Below, in pieces: positions 32,701 through 46,800 of a DNA stretch of 64,000 nucleotides; positions within the stretch are counted from its first letter, which is position 1; every line of letters begins with the position of its first letter. This stretch comes from the human T2T-CHM13v2.0 reference genome, Homo sapiens. The DNA is taken from assembly GCF_009914755.1 (NCBI RefSeq), contig NC_060929.1, one strand, 5' to 3'. Below the pieces are notes generated by a model. That model saw only the letters and a program-made list of their open reading frames with translations, had not been told where the DNA came from and searched no databases. Position numbers and translations under genes: made by a program.

Positions 32701-35700
32701 GAAGCCTCTTCACCTTCACCCCAAGCCACTCAGAGCCACGTTACATCTGTGAGTCTCAGCAAACAGGAACGCTTTTTATCTATCGTGGCCTTCTGGGGAC
32801 AGCAATCACCCAACACTTCCCTCCACTCTGTTCTCCGTGGGGGTCTGATTGTCTGGGCCCCTTACGGTAGTCTTTAGTGTCTGCTCTTCATTGACTGTTT
32901 CCTCAAACACGCTCAGGTCTCCTTCCTTCCAGAAAAATAAAACTCTCTCCTCAAATAAAACAAAACAACCGAGAACCTTTCTCTCGACCCAGCAGCCTGG
33001 GCTGTTTCCTTCCTCCCTTCTTCTTTGCTGCCAAACTTCCAGAACAAATGTCCGACATCCGCCGCCTCCTCTTCCCACCTCCCACACTCCATGAACCCAC
33101 CACAATCTGGCTGCCGCCCCCAGGGCTCCATGGAAGAAATGCCTGCGCCAGGTTCGCCCACCCATGCCTCCTCCCACCCTCACCACTACCCCTTGCAGTC
33201 CCCGCTGGAGCCTAATGCACCTTGCCTGCCCCACCCCAGGTAGCATTTGGCCCCACTGAACACAGCTTTGAGCTCGCCCTTCCTTTTGTTTCTGGGTCGC
33301 CGTGCTCTCCCAGCCTTCTCCATCACTGACAGTGCCTTTGCTGCCCCACCTTCCCTCAGTATTGCTGCTCCCGGCCTCTTTCTACCCACCCTCTTACCAC
33401 TCCTGCCCATCCCCTCTACCAGGGGCCATTAGCTGTGATCTCTGGGGAGGCTCTGGGCATTTGTGAACCCACTTAAAACTGTATTAAAATGATTCTGTGT
33501 CTGTGCATTGTTCTGGGCAAAGGATGCGTAGTCATCAGCTCTGCAAAGCAGTCCATGACTCTGCAAATAGTTAAAGCCATTGACCATCACCCAAAACTGA
33601 AATCCACATCCAGAGCCCCCTCCTGTCTTAGGAACTCTAGCCCCGTATTTTTAGCTACTCATTATCTTGCCTAGATGCTACATGGCAGTTACCTCATAAT
33701 CAAAGCCCAGTCTCTTCCCCAAAATTTCCCCACTCTTGGTTAAGATACTTAAGCATTTCACTTCTCTGAGATGAGCTGGGGGTATTTCAGAAAGTTCCTG
33801 GTCAAATGCAGATAGATCTGTTACCTGTAAGAGAATCTGCATCCAAAACCCCTTGGTGGTCAGTAACACATAGCCCAAGCTGGCTGATTTGATCACCCAG
33901 GACGTGGAACCCAGAATAGAGAGGTTAGAATGCCTGGGGGAAGAGAAAGAGCTGGGGTTGGCCACAGAGGCAGCACCACGCACTGGGCTAGAGTTTGGGC
34001 CACATGTGGCTGCATCAGAACCTTGTATAGCCCATAATGTCTTACTTTTGAAGTCCACCCCCTCCTATTCCAAAGCTGAAGAAACTGGGGCCAAGACTTT
34101 GAACCCAGGACTGCTGATTCATAGTCATTGCTTTTTCCAATACCCAGTACTCTCAGGTTAGAGGGGGTCCGACCTTGAGGTCCATAGTTGGGCTTGGAGT
34201 AGGAGGACCTGTGGAAAATAGCAGCATTCTGCGTGTTGCAGTGAGTGTGCATTTTGGAAGGGGGAGAGTACCCACAGCTTACTTGAGATTCTCTGAGGGC
34301 TCCTAATTCCCAAAACAGTTAAAAAGCTGGGGTCAGTTTCATTCAGAAACAATGAGAAGCTTTTAGGCCTCAGCTTACCCATCTGTGAAATCAACTGTTG
34401 ATAAGTAATTTTTAAGCCTTCTCTTTCTTTCTTTCCCATTTAGGCATTAGTACCTTTTGTTAATAATAAACAAACAAAACACAGCTATGCAGCTTCTCAA
34501 ATGGCAAATAGATCAGAGGAGATGGGGCTGGATGCTCACTATCCCCTTTGCTTGACTCTCCCCACTTCTTCCCAGCTCTGTAAGCAGAACTCCACAGAAC
34601 AAAGCATTATACAGCTAGAAAATCCTAGGACCTGTTACTGAAACCACACCTCTCCCGTCCTCTCGACCGCCTGAGGCTGCAGCCACCCACTCCCAGACTC
34701 TAAAAGATGCTGCAGGGACGCAGTGTGCTCGAGCTGTCCCACACTGCCCCCCGCCCCCAAACACCAATCCAGCAGAAGTCTCGTGGGGGACACAGAAGGG
34801 CTAGGAACCGGAAGAATCTGTTTGCTGCAGGGAACATTGAACCAACAGAAGTTCCAACATATTCCTTGTTTTGGCTGTGCAAGGGTTTTTTTGTATGGGT
34901 CACAAAAAGAAAAACAGAAAAATATTCTATTTTCTCTTTACAGTGCTTAAAGGAAGGGCCAGAGCCCAGCAAGGCAAGGGACATGCCAAGGGGTGACTTA
35001 CTCCTCGGTCTTTGATGGCCTGTCCCTGTCCAGAGTATACACCACAAAGGCTTTCAGAGGTCCAAGCGTCAAAGAGAGAGAGGCCTCCAGGGGTAGGACA
35101 GCCAAGCACTGGAGTGGACAGACACTGGAGTGTCCAGTTCTCATGTGTCACTGGCTTGTGTGACCATGGGCAACGCCCTCACCCTCTCTGGGCCTTAGCT
35201 CACCATCTGTAAGACAATGGAGCCCTCTTCCCTCCAATATACTGAATCGAACTGAGGGTACCATGGCTCTAAACCATCTCCCATATCATTCTTTCAGAAA
35301 AACATCTCCCCAGATGAGGGTAGGGACCTAGGGCAGGAGGCCTGCAAGGAAGGTAAGGCCATGGATGAGAGTGGGAATTTGCACATCTCTGCTGCCAGAG
35401 CACTAGCTCCTGAGGCCACAGCCAGCTGTGGGATGCAGGAGCAGTTCTGACCATTGGAATGTCTTCCTTCTGTGGAGCTGAAAGCTACCTCCCTTACTCT
35501 ACAGAGTCGGCAGCTCTGCCTCTAGGGCCCCTCAGGCCCCAGGACATCTCTGCAGACATAAGATGTTGGGGAAGGGGGAGACATAGTCCCCAAGGGATCT
35601 CTTCTGTCTGCTAAAGCCCCCCAATTCCTTGGTGTTCTCTCACTTGATTCAGCTTCCAGACCTTCACCACCCTGCCTGGCCCCCTCTTCCAGACAATCTA

Positions 35701-35810
35701 CAGGTTTTTAATAGTCCTGCTAGGACCCAGCATCTGGAAATTGGGGTCAGGCTGAACAGGCCAGAGAAGAGTGGGACCCCAGATCCCCCAGGGCTGACAT
35801 GCTCCACTGA

Positions 35811-36110
<300 letters not shown>

Positions 36111-39100
36111 TAATGTCACCGCCTCAGGGAACTTTCCCTGATACCTTCCTCACCCCAACTAATCGAGGTCTCTTTGCAGCTCACAATTCCATGTGTGTGG
36201 CCAAAGCCCTTATCCAGTTGCATGTAAATAATGATTTCTGAAGTGATTTAATTAATGTTGGCTTTGCACTGGATTGTGAGCCCCGTGAGGCAGAGACTAC
36301 TTAAGTCTTGCATGTGGTGCATGCTGGGCTCAACCTAGGCCTGGGAACAGAGTACCCCGCCCAGGAAATACCTGTTGAAAGGATGCAAGGATTCCAGATG
36401 TGTTCCTCTTCTTATATGACCCTAAGACACCAAGGCCCTCAACCTTCTCCAGCACAGAAAGTCTCACTGGCCTTAGAGTCCCACCTGACACCGTGGTAGA
36501 CAGCCATGCCACACGAGGACCTAGAGGACCTGGGCTGGGTCTCAGGAGGTTGGGCTGCACCTGCACTCAGCAGGTTGCCTGGGGTAGGAGGCTTCCTACA
36601 GTGCCACAGAGAAGCTCCAAGAGAATGCCACAGGTGGTTCACATGCAGAAGGGGACTGCAGCAAAGAGGGACAGAGACAGAGGCAGAGTGAGACCAGAGA
36701 GACAGAGACAGAGTGAGACCAGAGAGATGGAGAGAAGAACACAGAGAAAGACAAGCCCTGCTAGCACCATCTTGCTATCCCTGCACTGGGAGATGGACTC
36801 GTGCTCTATGCCCTGTCACAGCCAGTGTGTGTGTGTGTGTCCATGTGCATGTGTGTGCTCCCGTGAGCTGTGTGAAGACGCATGTGTGTGTGTGAGCACG
36901 CATGCATCAGCAACAGGATGCGAGTGTTGCACTCCGAGGCTCTGCCCTCACCCCACAGAGAGGGCCATGGCCCAGACTGCAGGGCATGCTGGCAGCAGTG
37001 TCACTGTGTGCTTGTGGAGGGAGGTGGGGAGGAAGGGAGGGAGGGAGGGAGGCTCAGCAGAGTGTCAGTGTGTCTCAGCCTGTGTGGGGGCGGCTGCGCG
37101 GGGGCGGAGGGCTGCAGCGTGCACCAGAACATGTGCGTGCCTGCCGCTCTGATGGCTTGGAGGAGAGGGAGGAAAGCTCGTCCCTTCCCTGTTCCTGCCA
37201 CCCTTTCCTTGAGGTCCTGCCCCTCAATTTCCCATCCTTTGGCCTCTGGTCCCTGCACGTCATCTAGTCCCCTAGCCTGGGCCCTCTCTCTCCTGTGGCC
37301 TTGGACAAACCACTTCTCTCTGAGTGTTGGCTCCCAGAGACCAAGGCAAGGACCATCTATGCAATGAGCAGAGCATCTCCATGGTCCTTACAATTCTGAT
37401 GTTCCGGAGGTCTGCAATTTCCCATATGTGCCCTCCACAGAGGGAGGCTACAGAGCGTGGCATCTCTAATGGGGCATTGCAGGCATCTCCAGAGGTATTA
37501 TGATCCCCATTTTACAGATGGTAAAGCCGAGGCACACAAACAGCAAGTGATTCACCCAGGATGGCCCAGTAAATTAGAGGCAGAATCATGATTGGAAAAT
37601 CAGCAACATCAGAGTTTCCCTGCCCACATGGCCACTGCTCCTCTTCCCCTGTTAGTGGGTAAGAGGGAGGATGTTCCCCAGATACGGCACCAGTCACGAT
37701 CCCTCTCAGCAGTCTTCCCCCGATATGCTGGGTGCTGGAGACCTGGACATAATCCCCTGAGCCAGTCTCTCCACCTCCTCAAGCTGCGGTCTCCTCATCT
37801 GTAAGATGGATGAGTAAGCCCTGCCCAGCTCCTTCAGAGATGAGCTCATGGATGAAAAGCCTTGCCGGCCCCAAAGTGCTGTGGATAGGAGAGGGTATAA
37901 GAGGTGGAAGAAAAGCACGGCCCCCAGTCTTTGGGTACATGGATGCCCAGTGTCCTCTCTCCAACGTGACATTGTCCACCCAACAGCTCTGCCTGGGAAA
38001 GGCAGGATTGCTAAGCACATTCTACAGATGTTAGAGTTTGGGTCCCATGAGAGGACTTGAGCACCCAGGCCCCAGGACCTCAGTACAGGGAGTTGCCTCT
38101 GGGCCACACTGCCACCTGTGGATCAACCCAGGTGAGAAGGAGCTTAGGTCGAGGAAGCTGCCCTCTCCTCCCTGTCAACCATGCTGGCCAACTGCAGCCT
38201 TGGCAACCCCTTCTCCAACCCCAGCTCTGCCTTGAGTCAATTTCAGATCTCTGTTTCTAGAGAGAAAAGAGTGGGCTGAGCTCTCTCTCTAGTCTCTCTT
38301 CCTCCCTCTCTCTCCCTCTCTCAAGTAAAATCTCCTTCAGAGACTCTTCCTATACAGCCCAGTGATGACACAGGCTGCAGGGCAACTTTCTACCTTTCTA
38401 ACCTCTCCTGGGGGTAGGATCAGAAGCCCGGAGAATGCCAATGGCTGGAAAAGGCTCGTTTTCCACTTCCTTGAACGTGACCCCTTCCCTGGGCCATCTG
38501 CTGCATCCGTGGCAACCCCTTTGCCCAATAACCAGCATTCTTCCCTTTCTCAGAGAGGTCTTTGGAGAAGGCTGGGTATGCTGGGAGCTCTGGCCTGACC
38601 ACTTCAGTCCACACTGAACCCTGGAGCTGGTGCAGCACGCCTCCTGCAAGCTTCGGTGCCGCTAGGATCTGGGCTTTTATTTCTCTCATCCTCAGGAGAG
38701 AAGAGGATTGGGTCAAACGAAGAGGGATGAGCTCATCTCTGGATCCCAAGAGACAGCCCCACCCCAACCTTCTAGGAGACCGGAATCAAGTTCTTGACTC
38801 ATCTGAATTCATATGCTTCAATGGAACCTGCAGTCGAGTAGCATCAAGAGGCTCCAGTAGCCCTGCCTGGGGCCCTGGCCCCAGTCACAGGTTCCCAGAG
38901 GGCTGCCCACCAGGGCTGGAGAAGAGCAGCTACTCTCACATCCATAGCCAGCCCTATCCGGGGCTCCTCAAAGGCCTGCAGTCCTGAGCCAGACCTCACT
39001 GGGCAGGATGCCAGAAGCCCTCCAGAGGGATTTGCCCTCCTCTCCTGCTGGGCAGCCCAACGCCTTGAAGGAGACCCAAAGGCTCCCATGTGCCCTTTTA

Positions 39101-40469
39101 GGGCCAACCTGGCTGCCTTTTCCAGTCACCCTGCTAGTGATCTGAAGTGGGTTCTGGAACGGGGGCTTAGCTTTTGGGTGGTGACTGCAGTGTCCCAGCT
39201 GGCAGGGACGGTGGATCATCAATTGAAGGATGGGCCCTGCAGGTACCCTCATAGCTTCCTCCCACAGAAGAGGCCAGCCAGGGGGGAAGCACGGTTTGGT
39301 CAACCTCCTCCCAGCCCCGGATGGGCCAACTCCAGACAAAAGGTACAAGCAGATCCCATTCCTCACTTTCAGCCTTGCCCAGCCTTTGAGAACAACAACA
39401 GTCACCCCAGTAGCAATCGGCCCTGGGGGCCTGTCATGTGCCAGGCTCGAGGCTGCATCTCTACATGCACCATCTCATTGAATGCTCACAGCCCTTTTTA
39501 TCTCCAGACTACAGGTGGGGGTAAAGAGGTAGCATAGCCTGCCTGGTGTCACAGAGCTATGGGTGATGAGGGACAGCGCCTGTGTCCCTAGTGGCTACGC
39601 AGGGCACTGCCCCTCCCTGCACCACTGGATGCTCAGACTGAAGCTGCTGTGGAGAGCAGGAGCCCCAGGCTCCTCAATGATGTGGTCTGGACTTTTTAAC
39701 ACAGACATCAGGGGTGCGGAATCAGTCCACTTTATCCCCTTGTCTCTAACACAAGCTTCTGCAAACTTAGGCTCATACACAGTCTTCCCGATGTCCCTGC
39801 AAGCTCCTGACATTGCATGCAACATTTCGTAGGTTTGTGCGTTTTTCTGGGGAACGTAGATTTAGACTTTCATCAGATTCCTGAAGGAATATGTGACCTA
39901 AAAAAGGTTAAGAGCAGTCTGATGGTTCTGGAAGGAAGAAGTCTGAAATTGATTAAACAAGGCCTAGCTATGCCTGCTACCCTCGGTTTTCCTGCCATGG
40001 CCACACCAGGGCTCCCTTGCCCCTGAAATTCTCTGTGAAGGCTCACGAAGGGTCTCTCTACCAAGTTGCCCCCACAAAACCCAGTCTTAATGATATCCAT
40101 CTCCTCTTGGGGCAAAACATCACTTTTATTTTCACTTTGAGCACTTGAGTCACATCTCAACTCCATCTCACTGTACTCATGACGCAGTCCTGCCAGGACC
40201 CAGTCTTGGTCACTCCCTGAAAGGCAGCTTCATGGCTAATCAGGGAATTCTTGGGTTCTAGGCGAGCACTGGAAAACACCTGGAGAGGGGTCCCTGCACA
40301 AGTTTGTAGACAGCCTCAGTCCTCCAGAGCAGCCCCAAACATTTTGTTCCTGCCCCTACCCGCAAAAAAAGCACATTCAGAAAAGCTGAAAGTCTGCAGA
40401 TAAGAGTGAACACACGTACACATGGGGGTATATGTGCTCAAGGGAGGTGGTGCATGCCTGTAGGATAGC

Positions 40470-40472
<3 letters not shown>

Positions 40473-40516
<44 letters not shown>
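40473..40516 (+). repeat. (TG)~22 microsatellite
   Basis: Direct observation. Confidence 0.95.
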
Positions 40517-40517
<1 letters not shown>

Positions 40518-42101
40518 AAGCAGCCTTCCTGTATACAGTCACAGGGCCACCTCCCACACATATGCAGACACCAGCATGAGCTCACACATGCCTATAACAC
40601 CCATACTCCCACATAACCCTGTGAGCCCAGGCCTCACACATGCACACACATGCGTGTGCACACACACGTACATCATCCTGTGTGCATGACCCCAGTCTTC
40701 ACGTAGATGTGCATATCAAGACCTCACAGGAACACCATTGTGTCCGCATCTCATATGAGCATCCTCACACACCCCTAGACCTCACACACATGTGCCTTCC
40801 TATGTGCACACAGCTCTAACCTGCCATACATGTGCACATTTAATGAGTCATGTTTACACCCTTGTTCTCATTCAACCCAGCCAACAGCACTCTTGTAATA
40901 CTCACACACATGCACCCTTGCAAGGCACACTTGCATTTTCAGGCCTTACACACGAAGCACCTCTTCCTGGTGCACATGCATGAATGCTTGCACACCCTGG
41001 CAGGGCACACCAGCGTACCCCAGTGTCACAAGCAATTTCCCTCAAAAGCCCTTCTACAGCCACACACATCACTCCTCAAAATGCACACTAGTACACACAC
41101 ATTCAGAACTCACACCAATACACACCTGCCTCCAGGGCCCCTCCCCCCGTGCTCCTGCTGCCTCAGCAGAAACCAACCAGGGCATCGGTGCTCCTTTGCC
41201 CACAAGGCAAACTCTGCCTCCAAAATGCACCCAACCCTTGACCCATCCCAGGATCCTCCAGAAACCCAGCTGGGGACATCCAGGAATCCCTCCCTGACAC
41301 TCCACACCCTACTGGGCCACCCACAAGGGCCTCCCCTCTTTCCTCATCCTCCCATCCTTCTCTACACAGCAGTCATCAGGGCAGAAAATGAGCTCTGGGC
41401 TGGGCAACTTTGCTTGTCCAGAGCCACTGCACCCTTCATACCCTAGCCCCTGAAACAGCGGTGCTCCCCGCTACAGCTTTCCTGATTTCCTCTCCCCACC
41501 TCCCAACACCCGGGAAGCCTGTCATGCTCAGATATTAACCCCTACTGTACTGACGCCCTCACTCCTGGCAGGAGCTGAGAAAGGGGAGGTAGGGAGGGAG
41601 AAGTTGGCCACTCTGTACAGTCACTGTGGGTGTCTAAAGTCAGGAAGAACTACCGGGAGCTGGTGAATTCTCTGTCACTGGAGGTATCTAAGTGGAGGGC
41701 GGATGGCCACCTCAAGCAAAACTAGAGAAGGAATTCCAGCTTTGGACCCAGCTGACTAGGAAAATCCCTTTTTAACCCTAAGTCTCTAAGAATCTGTGTG
41801 TATCCAGGTTGTGTGTACTTGTGTGCATTTTGTGTGTATGTGTGTGCACTGGCATACACTGTCAACCCTTCATCCCTACATACACACTGGCCTGGCTAGC
41901 TTGGCACATCTGTGCACCCACAAACATACCCACGCCCGACTCTGGACACTCTGTACACAGGCAGGTGCCCCCAAACCCATGCAGCCTGCCTTCATCTGTG
42001 TACAAGGAATGCTCCCCAAGCACTGCAGGCACACACACCCCACTAGAGACCCTGACCTCCCCGCCCCCCATGCCTTCCAGGACTTCCTGAGGCACAACTC
42101 A

Positions 42102-42850
<749 letters not shown>

Positions 42851-43481
42851 TGGCTCTCCCTCTGTGGATCACTGTAGTCTCTGTAACTGTCTCTCTGTTG
42901 CCCTCTGTTTTTTTTTTTTTTTTTTTTTGCTTCTGCCTCTGTCTTTCTTGTTATGCTCGTGCTCTTTCAGCTCTCTTACCACCTTGTCCATCACACTAGC
43001 ACTCCAGCTTGGCGCAGAAGTGCAGAGGACACCCCAGGATTCTGGAGGGAACAGCCCTGACTGCCTGCTCACCCCCACCTCTCACAGCTGTGACAGTTGC
43101 TCCCCTCCAGAGCCCTCCTCTGCAACCTCTCCCCAACCCCATGCCCCCAACGGGACCATGGAAATCTGGTCTCCTGGTGCTCATGTCCCAGTTTCTGCTT
43201 GTGCTTCCAGTCAAGGTAAAAAAAAAAAAAAAAAAAAAAGGCGAGAGGGGGCTGTGGGGAGGTGAGCATAGCATGGCTTACCCGGGCTAGGCCACTGGCC
43301 AGAGACTTGCCATGAAATCTTCAATCCAAAATTTTCTGGGCACCTTCCCTGCCAACTTCAACTCTTCAGGGCATCAGCCATACCTACAGCCACAAGATCT
43401 TACTCCAAGGTCTTGGAGTTAGGAAGAAAAGGGACTGGAGTTTAAGACTAAGGATCTGAGTTTGAGCTCTGATTCCTGGAC

Positions 43482-43805
43482 ATTTATTATTTATATTATT
43501 TATTTATTTATTTATTTATTTTGGAGACAGAGTCTTACTCTGTCACCCAGGCTGGAGTACAGTGGTGCAAGCTCGGCTCACTGAAGCCTCCGTCTCCTGG
43601 GTTCAAGTGATTCTCCTGCCTCAGCCTCCCAAGTAGCTGGGACTACAGGCGCACACCACCACGTCTGGCTAATTTTTTGTGTTTTAGTACAGACAAGGTT
43701 TCACCATGTTACCCAGGCTGGTCTCAAACTCCTGAGCTCAGGCAATCCACCTGCCTCAGCCTCCCAAAGTGCTAGGATTACAGGTGTGAGGCACCATGCC
43801 CGGCC
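43482..43805 (-). mobile_element. Alu element with (TTTA)n tail
   Basis: Alu reverse complement; TSD ggacatttatta. Confidence 0.92.
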
Positions 43806-46800
43806 TTTGGACATTTATTAGCTGAGTGATCACGGGCAAGTCACTCACCCTCTCTGAGCCTCCAGCTCCTTTTCTACACAACAGGGGAATGAAGATGCCC
43901 TGCAGGGGAAGGCTGTGGAGATGGAGTGGGCTAAGGGCTGTGAAGGCCTTTGGGAACTATGTAAATAGGAGGCCTCTTTCTAGGCTCTAGAGGAGGAAAA
44001 TGAAGGTTTAAAGCTGGCCCGTGACCACCCCATCACTCCAGCTTGGGCTTGGCATCTCAGACCCTGCATACCCCTTCCCCTCTCCACTGAGGAAAAAGGG
44101 TGCGTTGGCCCATTTCGCAGCTTGATGGGCAGAGGCTTCATGCCAGCACCTGCCCCCAGCGAGCATGGGTTGGATAAAAGGATCCAGGCATCCAGACCCT
44201 CAGGGATTCTAGCCCACCCGCTCTGACCCTCCACATTGCCTTGCTAGTCCTCTCACTTGCAGGACATGTTATCTGCTTGTTGGTATTCTCCAACCCCACG
44301 AAGTCCCTGACTCACTACCCTACTTGCAGGGGCCCCCTGGAGACATCTGGATAACCCTCCCATTCTGCCCTTCTTCCTGGGAGTGGGCTGTGGGGGAGAA
44401 TAAAGGGTGAGCTCACCCATTCAGCCGCTGTTCCCAGGAGAGGAGAGGGAGGGTGGGAGAGGGAGGGTGGCAGAGGGGAAGAGGGGAAGTGAGCAAGGGA
44501 GGAGGGGGGTAATGGCTTAGCCACTAATTGCACCATTACCACCTTTGGGAAAAGGGAAAACCACTCAGTTTTGTTTCTGCGCACAATATGCTTCCCGCTT
44601 CTGCCGCCAACGTTGCAATTCAGAGGCAGAGTGGAGAGGCCTATGCCTGGGGGCCGCACAGCCAGTGGGCAGCAGGCAGGGCACAGAACACGGTGGCCAA
44701 GCTACAGGCCTATGTGGGGAGGTGGGGGAGGGCTGCACTGCCACCCTCCTGTCCCAGACCCTCTAGCCTGTCCCCCAGGAGGGGATGGCTTCCACACAAG
44801 AAAGTGCTGGAAGAGCCCTTAGTGACCACCAAGGCCACCTGCCATTGCACAGGGACAGGAGAGGCAGTGTTGCTTAGTAGTTAGGGTGACTCCACGACTT
44901 ACGGGCTATGTGATTTTGGATGAATATCCTAACTTCTCCGTGCCTCTGTGTCTTCATCTGCATAATTGGGTCAATAATATTCCCTACCTCCAGGCTGTTC
45001 TGTAGATTAAATGAGACAAGCACAGTGGCTGACACTATAAATGCTCAATAAATGGGAAATTATAATCAAGAAACTCAAAAGTCCTCTCCCCTCACACACC
45101 ACTCCCTGAATCACGGAAGCACACACCATCATCTTGAGTCCCAGCACTTCAGGGCACTGTTCCCTTAGTCTGCACTGGAGTTTAGCTCATGGTTTGGAAA
45201 TCACCTTGTCTAAGCCTAGTTTGCAGCAATTTCTGTAGAACAAAGAACTAGAGCTAGAAGGAGAGGAACCACAAGGCTCTCCAGCTCATCGGGTGCCAAA
45301 GGAATGATGATGCTGTTTTAAAAATTCACAGTAAAACAAAAAAGCAACTATGCTGTGAGATTATGAGGCTGTATTAATGGAAATCTAATGTTCTGAACTG
45401 GGACAGTCCTGCGTGGCTGGGTGCTGGCCTGACCCCTGTTTCCTCTCCCGATTCCCACTGATGAAATGGAGCATGCTCAGAAGTGAGCAGAGCACATGGG
45501 GAAGACCCTGGCATCAGGTCCCTCAGAGGAAGGTGTGAAGGAATGGAGGCAGGAAGATGGCCACCTCTCTCCCTGTATGTGATGTGGACCACGGGGGCAG
45601 CCTCTGTGGCTGCTGGGAGCAGGGCCAGCACAGCCCCGCTCCTGTCATCTCTTTCTTCCCTACTTCCATCTCTCCTTTCCACTCTCCTTTCTTCTCTCCT
45701 CTTGCCTTCCCCTCTCCCTCATTTTTCCTGTTCCCTCTTTTGCATCCTTCCTTCTCAGTTCTCCGTCTTTCTCATCTTTTTTACTTCCTTTCTGGTTTCC
45801 AGCTCCCTCTCTTTCTGTCACTCTTCTCTCCCTCCCCTGCTGGCCTGCACTGTGCATGCGGTCCTGGGGGATGGGCAAGTTGAGGGCTGCAGGATCCAGA
45901 TAGCAGAGAGATGGCTGGAGAGGCGGAAGAGAGAAGAAGAGGAGGGAGAAGAGGAAGAAGTCCCCTCTGAAAGTCTTACACATGAGCACACACACACACC
46001 CCTCTGAGCCTTCCAGAGCCTAGCTCAGCGGTGTGGGCACTGCCTCGGACAGGCACCCCCCACCTTCCTGAGGGTAATAGCCACTCTGCTGAGAAGGCAT
46101 GACTGCTAATTCACCACCTCCCCTGAGCCCGCGAGGCTAGCAGCTGTGCCCGGTGGTGGCGGGCACTGAGGAGCCAGCCGTGCCTCTGTGGCGCTGAGAG
46201 AATGAGCCGATGATTGCAGGAGGGGGACTGTTCCTGCCAAACTCCCCACTCCCCAGGGCCAAAGCAGACACGAGAGGCAGCACGTGTGCCCCCATCTGCA
46301 ACACGCGTGTGGTATTCGAGAGCAGGCCTCCATGCTATGGGCTGGTCGCCAGGGGTGGGAGCCCTGGAGGTTGCTGAACCCAGTCCTGACATGCCAGAAT
46401 AGGGATTGGCACGTGAACACAGGCAGTGCTCCACAGAGACAGAAGGGATGAAAAGTGACCAGGGCTGGGTTCCTGCATGGGTGATTGTAGCCCCAGTGGC
46501 ATTGTGACAGCTGACTCAAATCCCACCTTCCACAGCCCACACACATATGCCCAAGTGCCCCAGGGTCCTGCAGGGCCTGGGCAGGCACCACAGAAAGTGT
46601 GCCATCCAAAGGGTCCCCACAGGGCCTGTCCCACTAAGGGCAGTGAGCATGGGGGGCAGAATTGGTGGAAAGTGGGCCAAGAGAGAAATGGTCCTGCTGA
46701 GGGTCTGGGTGGAGGGAGATTGGGTTCATTCATTGCAGTAAGTAAGGCTAGGCCTACATGAAGAAGTGGGGGAAGTCAGGGATCAGGGAGCAGAACTGTC

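Noticed and set aside
32860-33430. CpG-containing segment resembling a processed pseudogene
   Set aside because: Contains L2-like phrases (ccacaatctggct.ccgcccc) and no coherent ORF
36400-37367. 250-aa and overlapping + strand ORFs in intron 1
   Set aside because: Run through GA/GT simple repeats; no recognisable domain
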